This document shows, in pieces, positions 37,376 through 51,379 of a stretch of DNA of 64,000 bases. Below the pieces are notes generated by a model. That model saw only the letters and a program-made list of their open reading frames with translations, searched no databases and was not told the DNA's origin. Origin of the DNA: Harriotta raleighana (lineage: Eukaryota); NCBI GenBank assembly GCA_050575255.1, contig JBNZDD010013586.1:525083-589082 (forward strand), read 5' to 3'. The first letter of the stretch is position 1; each line of letters starts with the position of its first letter. A program made the translations under genes and the position numbers.

Positions 37376-39716
37376 TTGTTCTGCAAGCAACCTTCCACCA
37401 TAAATAAACTTGGAACTGCCAGCCTTTTCGACATTAGGGTTGCCCTAACCTAACCTACAATAGTAGTAAAAATAGTTGAGTCGTGGCTGTAAAATTGATC
37501 CCAGAAAGCAAACTCCACAGCAGTTTACCCTGACTCTCATCCTCTTTTTCTTTAGCACAGACAGCAACATGCAAATACTCCCAACTGAAGAGAAAAACAC
37601 TCATGCAAAATGAAAATATGATTTACTCCTCAAAAGGTGATTGTTATAAGTGCCATACTACATAACAATGTGTGTTTCTAGGTGACCCTCAAGAATGATT
37701 AAACTAATTATGATGTTTCTCTGTACAGCTCGAAATATTCTTCCAACAGCAGCAAATCTCAACGTGTCACCTGAAGTTGATCTAAAAAAACATTGGTTGG
37801 AGATAATAAGCAAAACTGTGAATGCTGGAAATCTAAAATACAAACAAAAAATATTGGAAAACAGCATGTTTGTGATGCTTGTGTGTAAATGAGAACCAAT
37901 CAATTTACTTACATGTCTGGGGAATTCATTTTATCACCTGTTTTTCTGACTATTTTGTCCAGGTGATGTGGGTGTGAATCAAACTAAATCAGACTGTCTT
38001 TTGTCAAAGGAATTGATGTAATTTCTGATCCCAATGACCTTAAAAGTATCTGACACTGAAATAACTTCCTGTTTGAAACAATCACGGATTCAGTGGAGTA
38101 TGTCGTCTCACAAAGAGACAGATGACAGATTTGTCAACACAATCTCCACTAGAGACTCTCTAGAGACCAGCGAGATAGTTTTCATTCATACAACACTGTC
38201 CTGTATCATGTCCGTTTCTCTCTATTCTCAGTTGACCTATTTTATTTGCAAATATCCAATAAAACACGAGTACTGCAATGTGATCTTCGGGAGAGCTGTT
38301 TATAGCCGTGTTTGAATTCATCTCTATTCATTCCAATCAAAATGTGTAATGTGCACTTAATTCCCATCTAAGTGGCTTGGCAGCTTTCTTTGCCCATACT
38401 TTTCCTGTGATTTACATGAAACTAACAAATGAGTTCTAAGGGCACTGTGACATGTTTGGTTATTTAACTAACAACTACAAACCTTAGTTTTCTGTATGGT
38501 CTATAAATATGACACTATTTGCTTTCGCTTCTTTGCTGTCAATGTAATGTCTCTCTTCGTCGATTCATTATGTGATCATAATATTTATTCTTTTGAGGAA
38601 ATCAAATACCGTATTTCCCATCGTTTATTTTTACACAATGCAAAACATCGAGTGCGATATGGAGAGAGCCTGACAAGTAGAGAAGGTGTTTAAATTTAGA
38701 AGCTGTATAACAGAGGAATGTTTCCTGTGTTAGTATGATGTTAGGATTTTACAATAGAGGAAATTAATTTAAAATGGCATTGCTCAGAACTGATTATCTA
38801 ACTATAAATACTGTGCACTCTTTCATCAAAGTATATGATTCTTAAACATTACATTGTATTGGAGTTGTGTATTCATGGGGTATTTTAATGTCAATGGTAC
38901 AATTCCTCTCTTATTGCTTCGTCTGCCAGCTGCCAAGAAGTGTCTATCATATACACGTTCTACTATTGATGCTGTTGTATTGAGGCTGGGTAAGTTGTTT
39001 CGCTCTTCACATCTTGAGGATGTCTAGCTGTAGATCTTCAGATTATAGGTCTAGAAAAATATGACAATGCACATACTGTACTGAGAATCACCAAGCAATT
39101 GTTAAAGCACCAGAGGTCTGAGCTGAATGGAAACCACAGTACTTTAACACTATTGATCCGTGAGAACAAAACTGTGAGTTCACGATAAAGGTCTTTCTCA
39201 ACGGTAACATAACAATTTAAACAGACTGTACTGATCAATTTTGATAGACTGTGAGTTTAGGTACCAGCTGAATTGTTGTTTACAACAGCATTATATTGCA
39301 GCTTGCAATGAGGATACATTCTTACACTGGGCATGTATCTATCCCTTTTGGGTGACGATTAAATAAAATCTAATCAAATAATGATCCAAACACTCCGATC
39401 AATGCATTTGCTAAATTGTTCCAGTGCATCTAAACTTCTTGCAGGTATCAAGCAATGTCTTTTGTTCATATTTATCCCATATTTTAATCTTATTAAGTGA
39501 TTTATTCAATTGCTTCCTTTTTACTTCAACATCATTTTTTGCAATGTTCCTTCTGTATCCAACTTCCATGGCTGTTCTGTCCACTTTGCCAACTCAAACC
39601 TGCTTTGTAATCCTGCCTGCTCCACCCCTCCATTGGAGGATAATCTTTCAGACATTTTGCTCTCTGGAATTCCCTCCAAATTCCTTCAATCTTGCCCCCT
39701 TCCCTTTTTTTCCTTC

Positions 39717-39902
39717 AAAAATTGTTCACAGATTCATTAATTCATTGACTTTTCTGTGGGACACAGGTGTGCGCAATTGGCTGCTGGGTTTCGCCCACAA
39801 ATGTACGGTCAATTCAGTTCACAGTATATTCCGTGAAGCGCTTTGAGACGTGGATAAGATGTGAAAAGCGCTATATCAAATGCAAGGATTATTATTATTA
39901 TT
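39717..39902 (+). mobile_element. SINE family A, 5'-truncated
   Basis: Body and tail ending AAAAGCGCTATATCAAATGCAAGG(ATT)n. Confidence 0.9.
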
Positions 39903-42900
39903 TGCTTTCCCTCCCTTCAACCCATAGTTCCCTCACTGTTTGGACTCCAGCTCAATCTTCATAAAATGCTTTGAGACTTTTCCCTACCGTGGAACATTCA
40001 ATACAATTGTAAATTGTGGTGGTTGTTGCTGCTGTACCTTTGATTTAGCATTGAAAATAACTAATATAGCTAGATCTTGATATTATCCAGCATTGTTGAA
40101 TTAAGACAAACCTCACTAGTTTAGCAAAATGTGTCTGGATCAGCATTTTCAACTGCTTATTAAAAGCAACTGAATCCGAATGAAAACTTTGGTGTGTGCA
40201 AAACAGGAGGGTGCTCAAGTGAAAAGGGAAAACGGCTTTCCAGAGCAGGAATATTCAAGCCATTAAAAGAAACAAAGAGATTTGGACAATATTTATTCAA
40301 TTAATTAATTGAAACCATTTTAGCGGACCCCCAACTGATGTGTCACACCTAATTTATACTGTGGTTCATGCAGTTGAACAGAATTGCTTGAAAAAAATAC
40401 AAAGTTTGCATAAACCGACTGCAATTTAATTAAACTTTTTTTTAAAATTGAATACCCAATCAAAAATCCCTCAACCGATTATTTAACCTGCCTAATGTGG
40501 GTGTGCGCATGCTTAGAGAGAGAAAATATATACCAGGGTTTTAAACTGGAGGTCGCAGAAAAACAGTCTATTTTGCAAGTTTGAATATAATATCACTATG
40601 TCAGGATTCAATACACTTGAATTGCGGTAACTCATAGAAGATATTTAAAGTCTTTGATTAGAATGGGAATGTTGTTATATGGTGGCACCTCACTATAACA
40701 GCTGTGCCAAAATAAACCTTTCTATGCACATGTCCCCTTTGGTCTCCAGAGAAGATCTATTTGGAGACAATCAAATTTTCATCAGTTGAGTCCATCTTAA
40801 GAGGTAATACATCGATGGTCTGACTATAAAAGCACTCAGGAGGTTTGGTAAAGATCTGGGGAACCTCATCAGAAAAACAGAACACCCAGAATTTTTTTTA
40901 CAGAACCTGGAAACTCCCTGGAATTCCCCACAAGAAGAAAAGTAGATGACTGTTTGTGGGAGGACACGTTTTGCAGGTTCCACGGGGAGAGAGCGGGCCA
41001 GTGGGATTGGTTTGGACTTTTCAAAGAGCCGACACAGACAAGATAAGCCAAATGACCTCCTTGTGTGCTGCACAATGCTACGATGCTACAATTCTATGAA
41101 TGCTGACTACGAAGCAAACGGGGGAAATGAAAATGGAGAATTTGCCCACGGTTGGCTTTGTGGTCACAGCACAAGTAGTGTTACTCATTATCAACTCGTC
41201 TAGTATAAATAGCTGTCCAATGAAAACTCAATAAGCTTGACAAATAGTACTTAGATAATTGCTATGCATTAGGGTTATGCTTGGGTTAGAAATCCAATAT
41301 AACAACAGTGAATGGGAAGCAATTTGTCAAATTATATTGGAATTTTATGCTGGCGTCCAACCATTCAATAAAGTGCTTTGAGATGTTTCGACAACCTGGT
41401 AAGGTGCTATGCCCAATGCCAGGAGTATTATTGTTATTTATACAATCAGCTTTGTATCTTAACATTTCAGTAAAGGTGATTCAATGCCAAAGTGGGACAT
41501 CTTTACAAGCTATCAGAATACAACAACAAAAACAACAACACAGATTGTTATTGGAGAACTGTGTAGCACAAGAGCACTTGGATATATATGTAACAGTTAA
41601 CAGCAAATAACCATATGAATTTATTTGTTGTACAATTGAAGCAAACGTGTTGTTTCCTGTGAAATTGTCAAGATGTTTGATGGACCAATGCCTTTATAGT
41701 GACTAAACAATCATGATGGTATGTGAATTTGCCAATGAACACAAACAAAACTATTGCGCAATAATGCTGAATAATGGTTATTGCCAAATGTTTTGTCAGG
41801 CAAACAACTTAAAAAAATTAGCAATATTGTTTTGGGTAATTGAATTTCCCCATATAAACCCAAACAAATAGTCTATGCATGGCTGTAAAACCACTTTAAA
41901 AAAAAAAAGAAGTAATGCAACTACTGAAAGTAGAATTGTTAATTATTTAAGTTATTCGCAAATAAAAAAGAACATTGCTGAGTACAACACAGGCACTGCT
42001 CAAACCATGCCCTCAATGTGTTTAAGGTTATTTCGCAGAAATGGACAAGATTAGATTCCCATTCATTCTAATGGTGAATAGCTCAATTGAAAGCAGTACT
42101 TTAGGCATTACAAGCCCACAATGTGTCTGCCATTGATGGCAAATGTTTACAGTGAATCATACTGAAAGATCAGGCATTAGCTCTCGTAGTTTAAAATTTG
42201 CATTGCAGTATTCATTTTGTGGAAATTAAGTTAAATTGTTTTTTCTCCTGAAGGCAGTAAGATTACAGCAGTCCTGGGCACCACAGTACCAATACTCTAA
42301 GATAAACACAGAGAAACTGTTCTTCCAATTATCATGAAGGTTCCAATCAACTATTTCGCTCCTGACAAAAATATTCATCATTTTTGCTTCATTCATTTTT
42401 TTCAAAAACTTTAAAAAAAAACTAATTAAGTATTTCATTTCGAACTAAAGAATTCCTTGGAGAACCAGAGTTCAGACCCATGATCCAGACTGGATAACAA
42501 GATTTCCTCCTTGCTTATCAAAAATTATTTGTTATAGGATAGGCATTCCGTGATGCTGTAACTTGAAGAATGCAATTCAATTTCCATCATTAAATTCTCA
42601 TACATTTAGCAAAGACTTGCCAAGTATAGACATGTAGAAGTCTAACAGAAATATAAATAGGTTGGTTTAGCAATGCTTGGAAATGAAGTTATATACAAAG
42701 TACTGTAATATTTTGTTTTCCTATTGTCCTAAGGTTTGGTGAGTGTTGTGTCTCAACACAGTGAAGAGAATTTTCATAGAATGATATGGTATGGCAACAG
42801 GACATTTCGCCCAATAATTTCATTCCACTGATTGTATTCCACACACTTCCCCTCACTTCCCCACCCACCCTATTCTCCTCCATTCCTTGAATGACTAATT

Positions 42901-42964
42901 TGAAAGTGAAAGTGATTCGTATCTGAACCAAAAAGGTTACTTCAGAGAAAAGTCCCAGAAAGAA

Positions 42965-43174
42965 AATTCCAGTGTAAGCTCAGTTAATAATAATAATTTA
43001 ATAAGTTAATAATAATAATTTAATAAGTTAATAATATTTGCATTTGATATAGTGCCTTATCACATATTTTTGAGATGTCCNAATTCCAGTGTAAGCTCAG
43101 TTAATAATAATAATTTAATAAGTTAATAATATTTGCGTTTGATATAGCGCCTTATCACATATTTTTGAGATGTC
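42965..43174. repeat. Direct duplication around N at 43081; contains a minus-strand SINE A tail
   Basis: The two copies differ by one unit of an AT-rich tandem repeat of about 23 bp and two substitutions. Confidence 0.9.
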
Positions 43175-44728
43175 TGAACAACAAAACAGCAGCAATTTCC
43201 TGAGTTACAACTATTGAGATCTTTAGCAAAGTAATTGTTTGGGGGAAATAAGCAAAACTGTGAAGTCTTTGGAACGAGAGTGTCCTCTAAGCTGTGCAAG
43301 GATACCTACAAACTGGTCATCGAGGAGTTTGAGATGTTACAGTTTTAGCATGATTAAGAAGAAGAAAATGAATGTCTCGATAATTAATGACCCTATAAGA
43401 ATCAAACGCATGGCAATCCAGTTGTGCTGATCATTAGCAATATTTGGCTGCAGAGCACAACCCTCCCCGATGCTAGCGGAATACAAAAAAAAATTTATGC
43501 CATTTCTCCAGCTGTTGGTTAATGACTCTCTGGAAATAACTGAGTCTGCAATCCCTCCGTAACAACACATTAGTAAAAGCTTTAAACACAGGGAGTCGCA
43601 ACAGCCTAGCTAAAGCCTGCTAAATCATAACCAGGTGACTTGAAAGAAAAAGTGAACAAACGAAAGAGAAATGACGACTGATTTAGCTGTTCCACCTCCA
43701 TCAGGCCCATCAATGACATCTTCCCAAGAGCTGCCCAGACTTCCTGTTTCCCATCTCAAAGGATGATGACAGCCACAAGAGGAGCAAAAGGCCATGTTGC
43801 TGGGTTAAGCAACGAGTTCATATCCCCATCAGCCCCAACTCTGACTCTCATGTAGGCTCTGCTAGTTGCATTCTTCGAATGATCGGAAATACCAAATTCA
43901 CTTTTGTTGGCTCAGTCTTCTCATCTGATGATGTAAGTTGGTGCTTTGGCAGCCAGAGTTGCAAACCTGTTTTGAACTAATAACCGCTCTTCACAACAGG
44001 CAACTGTTTTGTGGCGTGCAGCACGATCGGTTCGGTGGGGGAGCCAGGCATCATCATCCCAATATTGAAAACATTATCCACAACTTAAAATTGCTCCTTT
44101 AGCCCACAACCACTTAAATAGCGAAGGACAAACACCATGGTTTATAATTGTATGATTAGAGGTGACTGTTGCAGAACATTTTCCAAGTGACCCTCAAACC
44201 ATGCAATGAAGATCGGAACTGTATTCCCAATATATGGATACTTTGGGTTACCTCATGGTTTACAATTTACTAAATTGGTGTTTTACTTCTTACTCTGTTT
44301 GTCTAGCTTTCATGAGTGATTGTGCAATGTCGGTGTTATATTAACAGTTAAGGAAGCTATGATTGATTTTTTTTTGACATATGGGACTGGAGTTAATGAA
44401 GAGAAGTGCCAATAAATTATGGCTTTCATTTACAAAGCTATAAAGATTGCTGCACTGAGATGTCTGAACAAAGACCAGTTTAGATTTAAATCATTTTCCA
44501 GCTAATGTTTATGACTTTACCTTTGCTCCAGATAAATTGAGAGAAAAAATATACTCATTGTAAACGAGATACAGTACATTGAGAAGTATCAATAAAGGAT
44601 ACATTTTTGGAATTCCATATCTTTTAATGACACATGATTGTTTTTCTTAACTCTGATGTTATATATTTATATATATAAAAATAATATATTAAATTATTGT
44701 ATAATCTCTTTCAAAATGTCAAATACCA

Positions 44729-44797
44729 GGATCTTTACAATTCACCCAAACAGGCAGAAGGGACCTCAGTTTTAACGTCTCATCTGAAAGTTGGCAA
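44729..44797 (-). mobile_element. Isolated Deu-domain fragment
   Basis: GGATCTTTACAATTCACCCAAACAGGCAGAAGGGACCTCAGTTTTAACGTCTCATCTGAAAG is the reverse complement of the Deu core seen at about 33725-33785. Confidence 0.75.
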
Positions 44798-45691
44798 GTC
44801 CCAAAGCCATCGTACAGCACATTTAATATACTTGGTGTTTGACAGGAAGAGTTTCAAACACATTTGATAAACAGAGATCAGAGAACAGCTAGTTTCTAGC
44901 TGCTGTGTTTGGAGATAAGTTTACAGAATCCTGAGGGAAAGCTAATTGCTGGTAGATCGGTAGCCATGGGAAACACGGATTCATGTTTAACCTTTCGCCA
45001 GTTCTCTGGTGAATGTCTTTCAGCACAAAGATACTCAAAGCTTTATGCTGGCATCTACTTCCTCACTATACATAGAGAAAGCAAATTAAATCGGATTTGA
45101 GGTTTCACACATGACTAATGGTTCATTCATTTGAAGCAAAAATCATTCAATGTAGCCACTTCTCTTTCAGTGGTTCAATAAATTAAACATCCATTAAATG
45201 GCCAGTAAGATGATACAGGAGTCTCAACTGTGCAATTCCAATTTACAATAGCGCTTCATTTAGCACTAATGCTACATTTTAGCCCTCTGTGCTATCAGTT
45301 AGTCTCACTATTTTAATATTTCAATCCGCTAACAGTGCTAAATTGTATCTAAATTTTCATTAAGCCTGATATGGTCAGTTATTAGGTGAATGAAAATCGA
45401 CAGTCCAAAGGCAACGGAGGCCTCTTGGCCATTCATCCAATCCAGATTATATTTCAAGTGAACAAAGGACCCTGTGTAGAATGCATCAATTATTTTATAT
45501 TCCAATCTGGTAGAGAAGGAAATTTGGACTCATCTTAAAACTCATTATTTATAGAAAATGCACCTGAATTTACATAAATACCCCACATGTAAATGTACAA
45601 CCCATGATGCATTGTATAGAACACTCTGTGTTAAACACACTCAGTACCTCAATAACCAGTTACCAAATGTTACTTGATACGTGGCTGAAAT

Positions 45692-45762
45692 GATAATCAT
45701 TCTTCCATTTTGATATAACGCTTTATCACGTCCTTGAGATGCCTCAAAGCGCTTCACAGTAC
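45692..45762 (-). mobile_element. SINE family A tail fragment
   Basis: CATTTTGATATAACGCTTTATCACGTCCTTGAGATGCCTCAAAGCGCTTCACAG. Confidence 0.75.
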
Positions 45763-47635
45763 ATATAATTTATAATGGAAATGCATCATTTATCATATAC
45801 ACATCTAACAGAAAATCAACTGTAAATTTGTCATTTTTTAATTTGGGATTTGGTGTCATGCAGAGAATAAAACATCTCAATGTTTATTGAGGCTATGCAA
45901 ATACTTCTACAACTGCATTGTGAGCAAATTCATGCTGGAAAGTAGGTTAGCACACCATCTGCTTATTTATCATTCATTTAACGTGCTCTAAAATACAAAG
46001 AGTTAAATAACTGGAGAGGCTAAAATGCAACCATCTCATCCAGAAGTTTTGCAAAAACTTCGAGGCTCTTTCTGTCCCGTATTATTCAATGATTCTAAAA
46101 AGACACAAATCTCAAAATTCAAACTATTCAGGAATGTCAACCGACTCAAAATTAGATTACAACCCTGAAAGGATTCCCTTTCTAATTGTTACTATTGCAA
46201 GCACATGCTGCACTCCCCTCTTCTATCCATGTTGTCTGTCAGTCTCTCCAACATGGTGTCATAGCTGGACATTGCTTGAAGGCACCAATCATTGACCATG
46301 TTATTTTATGAAGATGCCCCTGATCTCACCATATTTTTGTTGGCGCAGTACGTCTGTCTTTTTCAAGCTGTCAAAAATAAATTCTGCAGAATGTACAGTA
46401 TTTAACCTCCTGCGAGCGGTTAGAAATATTGCTGATGTTACTGTTGCGGATTTGCAAAGCAAACCGGATTCCAAAACTCAGCATTAGCAAACCAGAACTC
46501 TTCCCACTGGTCAAATTTTGTTCCTCGGCCAAGAAAAGGCTAAAAGCGTCTGTTCCCAGTTTGTTATATCCTAGCAATTTAATTTATTTCAAGCAAATTT
46601 GATATCACATCACGCAATCATACTTACAGCCTGCAAGTTTCAATTTGCACAGCCATTACCATTTTTAGACCCCAATGGGTGAAATTGCAAAGTAGGTATC
46701 CAGAAGAGTTCCATATCAAATTGTCTGAGAATGTTTTTTGTATTCAGTTCATTTTCTCCGAGCACCCCCATTGAATTTAATCCCAAGATCTACGCAGTTG
46801 TGGACATCTAGACCTTGAACCTTACATAAAAATGATTACTGAAACATCCACACATCCCTGCTTTTCATCAAGAGAGACAAATCAAATTTAAAGTCTATTG
46901 AATTTGAATAAAAATGCCAAAAAGCAAAAGCTGCTCTAATTCATACTCACAAGGGATCTCTGACTGCAGATAATGTCCTAATTAACAAGCCTTACTTGGA
47001 GGCACAGTTCCTTAATGTGCCCTAAATAACTGAATCACTGGGCAAAGCAGTCAACGATTCATAAAGTGCTATTAATAACAAAAATTCAAAATGTGCTCTT
47101 TATGTTCTTCTCTTGTTCAATCATAAAGGGTAGCATTTACAGACATGCATTGGAGAGGTTGCTTTCAACATGATTTCAATGATGCAAACATAAGCTGTGC
47201 CTGTGTCAATTAGAAGTGTGTTTCCTGGTGCTGAATTGCGAGGCTGGCCTGTATGATTTATAAATGTTAGGTTTCAAGGCTGAGACATTAATGCCTCATA
47301 GACTGAGAAAATAAATTATTTAAATTCCGCCTTGCTTGGAACTGTCAACATTAGCGTTAATGCTTGGCTAGCAAAATGCCCTCTTTATTTTGTGCTGTTT
47401 TGTGAAACTATAAGCAGCGTAGAATTTCTGATGATCTACTGTAAAGGCAGATACTGATCCTCGGAACAGTAGGTCTGGAAGGAATGAGTCCAGTTACATA
47501 ATACAGAATCAAATCCGCATCGGAGTCATTTGCTTATAAAATATGCAGTTACTGTACTTCACAATAAAACTGTATTCACTGTGATGATGGAAAACGCTTT
47601 GAGACGTCTTCCTGATGTGAACGGTGCTTATATTA

Positions 47636-47985
47636 ATAATCATTACATTCGATATAGTACCTTATCATGTTTTCGAGCACTTCACAGGATGGAAAATAAA
47701 CTGAATTGACTGTATATTTTGTGAGCGAAACACAGCACCCAATTGTTCCCAGCAGTGTCTCACAAACAATTGTGGAGTGAGTGACCAATTTTGTTTTAAA
47801 AAGGAATTATTACCCCCGGCAAAGCAATCTGCCAATTGACAAACGACTGTGTTCTAACTCACTGCTGGGTAAACAGAAGCGAGTGGTGAAAGGAAACTTG
47901 CCCAATATTTCGCCCTGCTCTGGAATCAAACCTTCAGCCAGTCTCTCACTTGCAAGGTGAATGCTCTAACCACTGAGCCACAGCA
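47636..47985 (-). mobile_element. SINE A variant, full length, with extra central segment
   Basis: Minus-strand head CTGTGGCTCAGTGGTTAGAGCATTCACCTTGCAAGTGAGAGAC...GTTTGATTCCAGAGCAGGGCGAAA, then a segment absent from standard copies, then normal body and tail. Confidence 0.85.
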
Positions 47986-49044
47986 GCTGCAAGGACTATA
48001 TTTATTGTTTAATGAATTAAATGATCAGGTAACTTTATAAGATTGACGTGTTAATAAGACGTCAACTATACTGTCAGCTGGATTTCCCCAAGCCAAGCTA
48101 TCAGAACAAATATTGTCCCACAACATGGAGGCTTAGTAAAACAAGCACTGGAAAGCTTTGTATAATGGCACCTCAACCCATGTTTCAAGCAAAATAATAC
48201 CACTTTAATTAAGTATCTATTCCTGAGATGGGTGTGCTTATCTTTCTGAATCCTTCTCTGGCCAAATTTGCAAATTCTCACTGAACATTATGTGCAATTA
48301 CCTAGAGTCTATTCTTTCATTTCCACATTCTTCCCGTTATCTTTTATTCCCGTTTGCTACGCTGTTCGAGCAACTTGAGGACAGCTGGTTAATGCACTTT
48401 GTCTGACTCTTATTTCACATGCAGCTCAATCAATTGGCTCTTGAAATCCAGAAATGTTGTTGCAAACAAAATAAAGTTCTAAAAGCATGAAGATTGATGA
48501 TTTTGCTATTCATTGAGAGCTATTAGTTTTACAGTCCACACTAGACTACTTAAGTAATTACCAGATAAGTGAATATTTCTGTAAAGTGAAAGAGATTGAA
48601 AATCCCATAATAATTCCAAACGCCACTCATTCTGTTCACTGTTCTGAACAGAAGAAAACAATCTAAATTTACTGTGGTTCATACATTTCTAGATTTAGAC
48701 ATTTTATCAGTTTACAGTCCAAAATGTATCCGTCACTTGTTCCGTGGCTTTAGTTATTTCAATAAAGAACCAAAGCAATAACAGTATGACAGCAGTTAAT
48801 AGTATGAAACCCATAACAGTATGAAAAATATGACATGAACGGAAGCCATCTACAAAAGTAAAAGCTACTAAGAAACCACAATGTAATCTATTTCAGTCTA
48901 AATTCCTTGTAAGTGAACACTAAACAAATGGACCTCCAACCTGCTACTGCCCAATGAGGACTGCATAAATCAACATATAGAAGATAGTCTAATGATCACG
49001 TGATGTTCATGTATTTGTCACGAAGTAAATCAATGCTTTGTATA

Positions 49045-49225
49045 CTATTACTACTACTAATAATAATCCTTGCGTTCGATGTAGCACCTTATCATGGTCA
49101 TTGAAACGTCTCAGTGTGCTTGACAGAATACTGTACATTGCAAAGTGAATTGACTGTATCTTTTGTGGGTGGAACGCCAATTGCACATGGCAGTGTTCCA
49201 CAAACAGTCGTGGATTTAGTGACTA
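49045..49225 (-). mobile_element. SINE family A, 5'-truncated
   Basis: Tail and body reversed. Confidence 0.85.
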
Positions 49226-49400
49226 TAACATTTTTTCTTGCACTAACAAGGATTGTATTGTATGTATATTTTAAGAATGAAATGTTCAGCATAAAGCACC
49301 CCTTAATTGTTGAATTTCACATGGCTGTTGAGTCCTGCTCTTCAGTCTTAGTTTAGACCTTTGCTGCTTCCTCTAACTCCACAGTTCTTCCCAACTTGTG

Positions 49401-49718
49401 GTGTCCTGTAGCTCAGTGTCCTAGAGCACTCGCCTTGCGAGCGAGAAACCTGGGTTCGATTCCCATCCATGACAAAACCCTGGGCAACCTTACTGACTCC
49501 ACATGCCTGATAATAATCCCTCAAATCAATAATCATAAATTGATCACTTCAATCCACGATTATTTGTGGGGAGGTTGCTGTGCACAATTGGCTGCCACGT
49601 TTCGCCCACAAAGTATGCAGTCAATTCACTTTACAGTATGTTCTGTGAAGCGCTTTGAGACATCTAGAGGCATGGAAAGCTCTATATCAAATGCAAGGAT
49701 TATGATTATTATTATTAC
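49401..49718 (+). mobile_element. SINE family A, full length (about 320 bp; tRNA-derived head, L2-type tail)
   Basis: GTCCTGTAGCTCAGTGTCCTAGAGCACTCGCCTTGCGAGCGAGAAACCTGGGTTCGATTCCC with Pol III A and B boxes, body, and tail ending (ATT)n. Confidence 0.92.
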
Positions 49719-50579
49719 TGTAACCAATGTTTCTGAAGCTGGGCCACAGTTACATTGACTTTTGTTTTGGTTGTGCCAATTAAGTCTGCGGCTGATTTAC
49801 TCTCTGTGTGGGAAATCTTTCTTATCTTCCCATAAATTACCATATACCAGGCATAAATCAATCCAGTCAGAGCCTAGTTGGGAAAACTAGTTTGACTAAC
49901 TGTTATGATACAAGACACATATGCAGTGGTGCCTCTCATATCGGAGCACTCAACACTGCTGGCTGGGGGGGTGGGGAAGAGGAGGGTCCTACCAATTATT
50001 ATTCAGTTCTGTGTTTAAAATAGATATGGTACTTGGTTAGTTTACATTCATAGGTTTGAAAACCCTCTCAAAACTAGAACATGCGTCAAACTCTAGCAGC
50101 CACCTTCATCACCCATAACATTAGGTCAATATGCCATTTTACTGATGTCTTCATTATTTTCCCATTTCTGCCTCATTCAGGCATAATTGACTTCATATAA
50201 TTGCAGTCGTTCAACTTCCGTCTTAGCCAATTAATAATGGAACCAGACAATCCCGGGTCTGTGTCTGCAGTGGGATTTATGCTCCACGTCGACCAATAGT
50301 AATTGAAAGCAAAGATTCACCGAAAGGTCAGTTAACAGGAATACAATTTCTTCGAGTCTGGTGTGCAGGACAGCATTTAGTTGTATCTCACTTTCTAATG
50401 AGCCTCCAACCATGATGTTCATTAAAAATATACCTTACAATCGGTTGTTAGTGTATAAAATGCTAATTTCCTAACGAATGCATAAACAAAATAATACCAG
50501 TGTCTATAATTCCCCTCCTCAGGCACTATACCGACAGGCCACTGTGTTTTGGCCAACAGTACTCCGGACAATACGGTAT

Positions 50580-50841
50580 GTTCATTCGCTTCATGCCTGT
50601 TTGTGGGACATTGCTGTAAGTAAATTGGCTGCCACAGTTGTCAACAAAACACACAGTCACCACATCTTACAGTATGTCCCGAAAAGCCCTTTGAAACGAC
50701 TACTTGAAAGTGAAAGGAGCTGCATCCTGATCCCTGACTGTTCAGCACCTTGGGATTTCCTCCCGACGTGAAAGACGCTTTACAAATGTAATTTTATTGT
50801 TGTTGTTGTTGTTGTTATTGTATTAAATGTAAGGATTATTT
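50580..50841 (+). mobile_element. Diverged SINE 3' half with a nested L2-tail fragment at about 50722-50820
   Basis: The SINE tail GTGAAAGGAGCTG / TATTAAATGTAAGGATTATT is interrupted by CTTGGGATTTCCTCCCGACGTGAAAGACGCTTTACAAATGTAATTTT(TTG)n. Confidence 0.8.
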
Positions 50842-51379
50842 ATAGTTTATTTAGTATGTTCAGTTGGCAGTGATGTTTCCTTGGCGCTCACCAGCTGTGA
50901 CGTCAACAACAAGAACAGCAACCACCACAACACCCGGATTAACCCACCCATGCAGTTTTGGCAACGAACTGAAAGGGGCCTTCTTCAATTTCACTTCTCT
51001 TGTGATTAGTGTTCCTTTTCCCTGATTCATTTGTGAAAAATTGCAAACTTGTGATTTGGAAACCACTGAGATCGCACGCAACCACAGCTGTTTCCATGTT
51101 GCCACTGGTGCTTTGGAATCCACCCCACAATTAAATGGGTCAGGATCCGAGCACTCCCAGCCTGAGGCTATTCAGAACTGGTTCCATTTGAACCAGTTCC
51201 CAACACGCCTGCGGTGCCAACATGGTGTTTTGTTACAGATGCAAGACTGGTCACTTTAAATGGGCCGTATTTCATAACACGAAAGACTCATCAGCTGAAT
51301 GAATCGTGGCCAAGTCTGCAGCGATCACTTCAGTACAGTGCTGCGGGTTCTCCCAACACTCAACATGCTGCAAACGACT

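Noticed and set aside
39424-39846. 140-aa ORF, the longest in the track
   Set aside because: Pyrimidine-rich low-complexity sequence reading into a SINE; starts at a non-ATG codon; no protein similarity I can recognise.
45257-45343. 10-bp inverted repeat ATTTAGCACT / AGTGCTAAAT
   Set aside because: Too short and not extendable; expected by chance in AT-rich DNA.
49401-49470. tRNA-like sequences here and near 9108, 47985, 57872 and 62311
   Set aside because: They are SINE heads: no proper acceptor stem, and each continues into the SINE body.
50860-51123. ORF with hydrophobic stretch GVVVVAVLVVDV
   Set aside because: Arises from a degenerate (CAA/CCA)n tract; no splice signals or recognisable homology.
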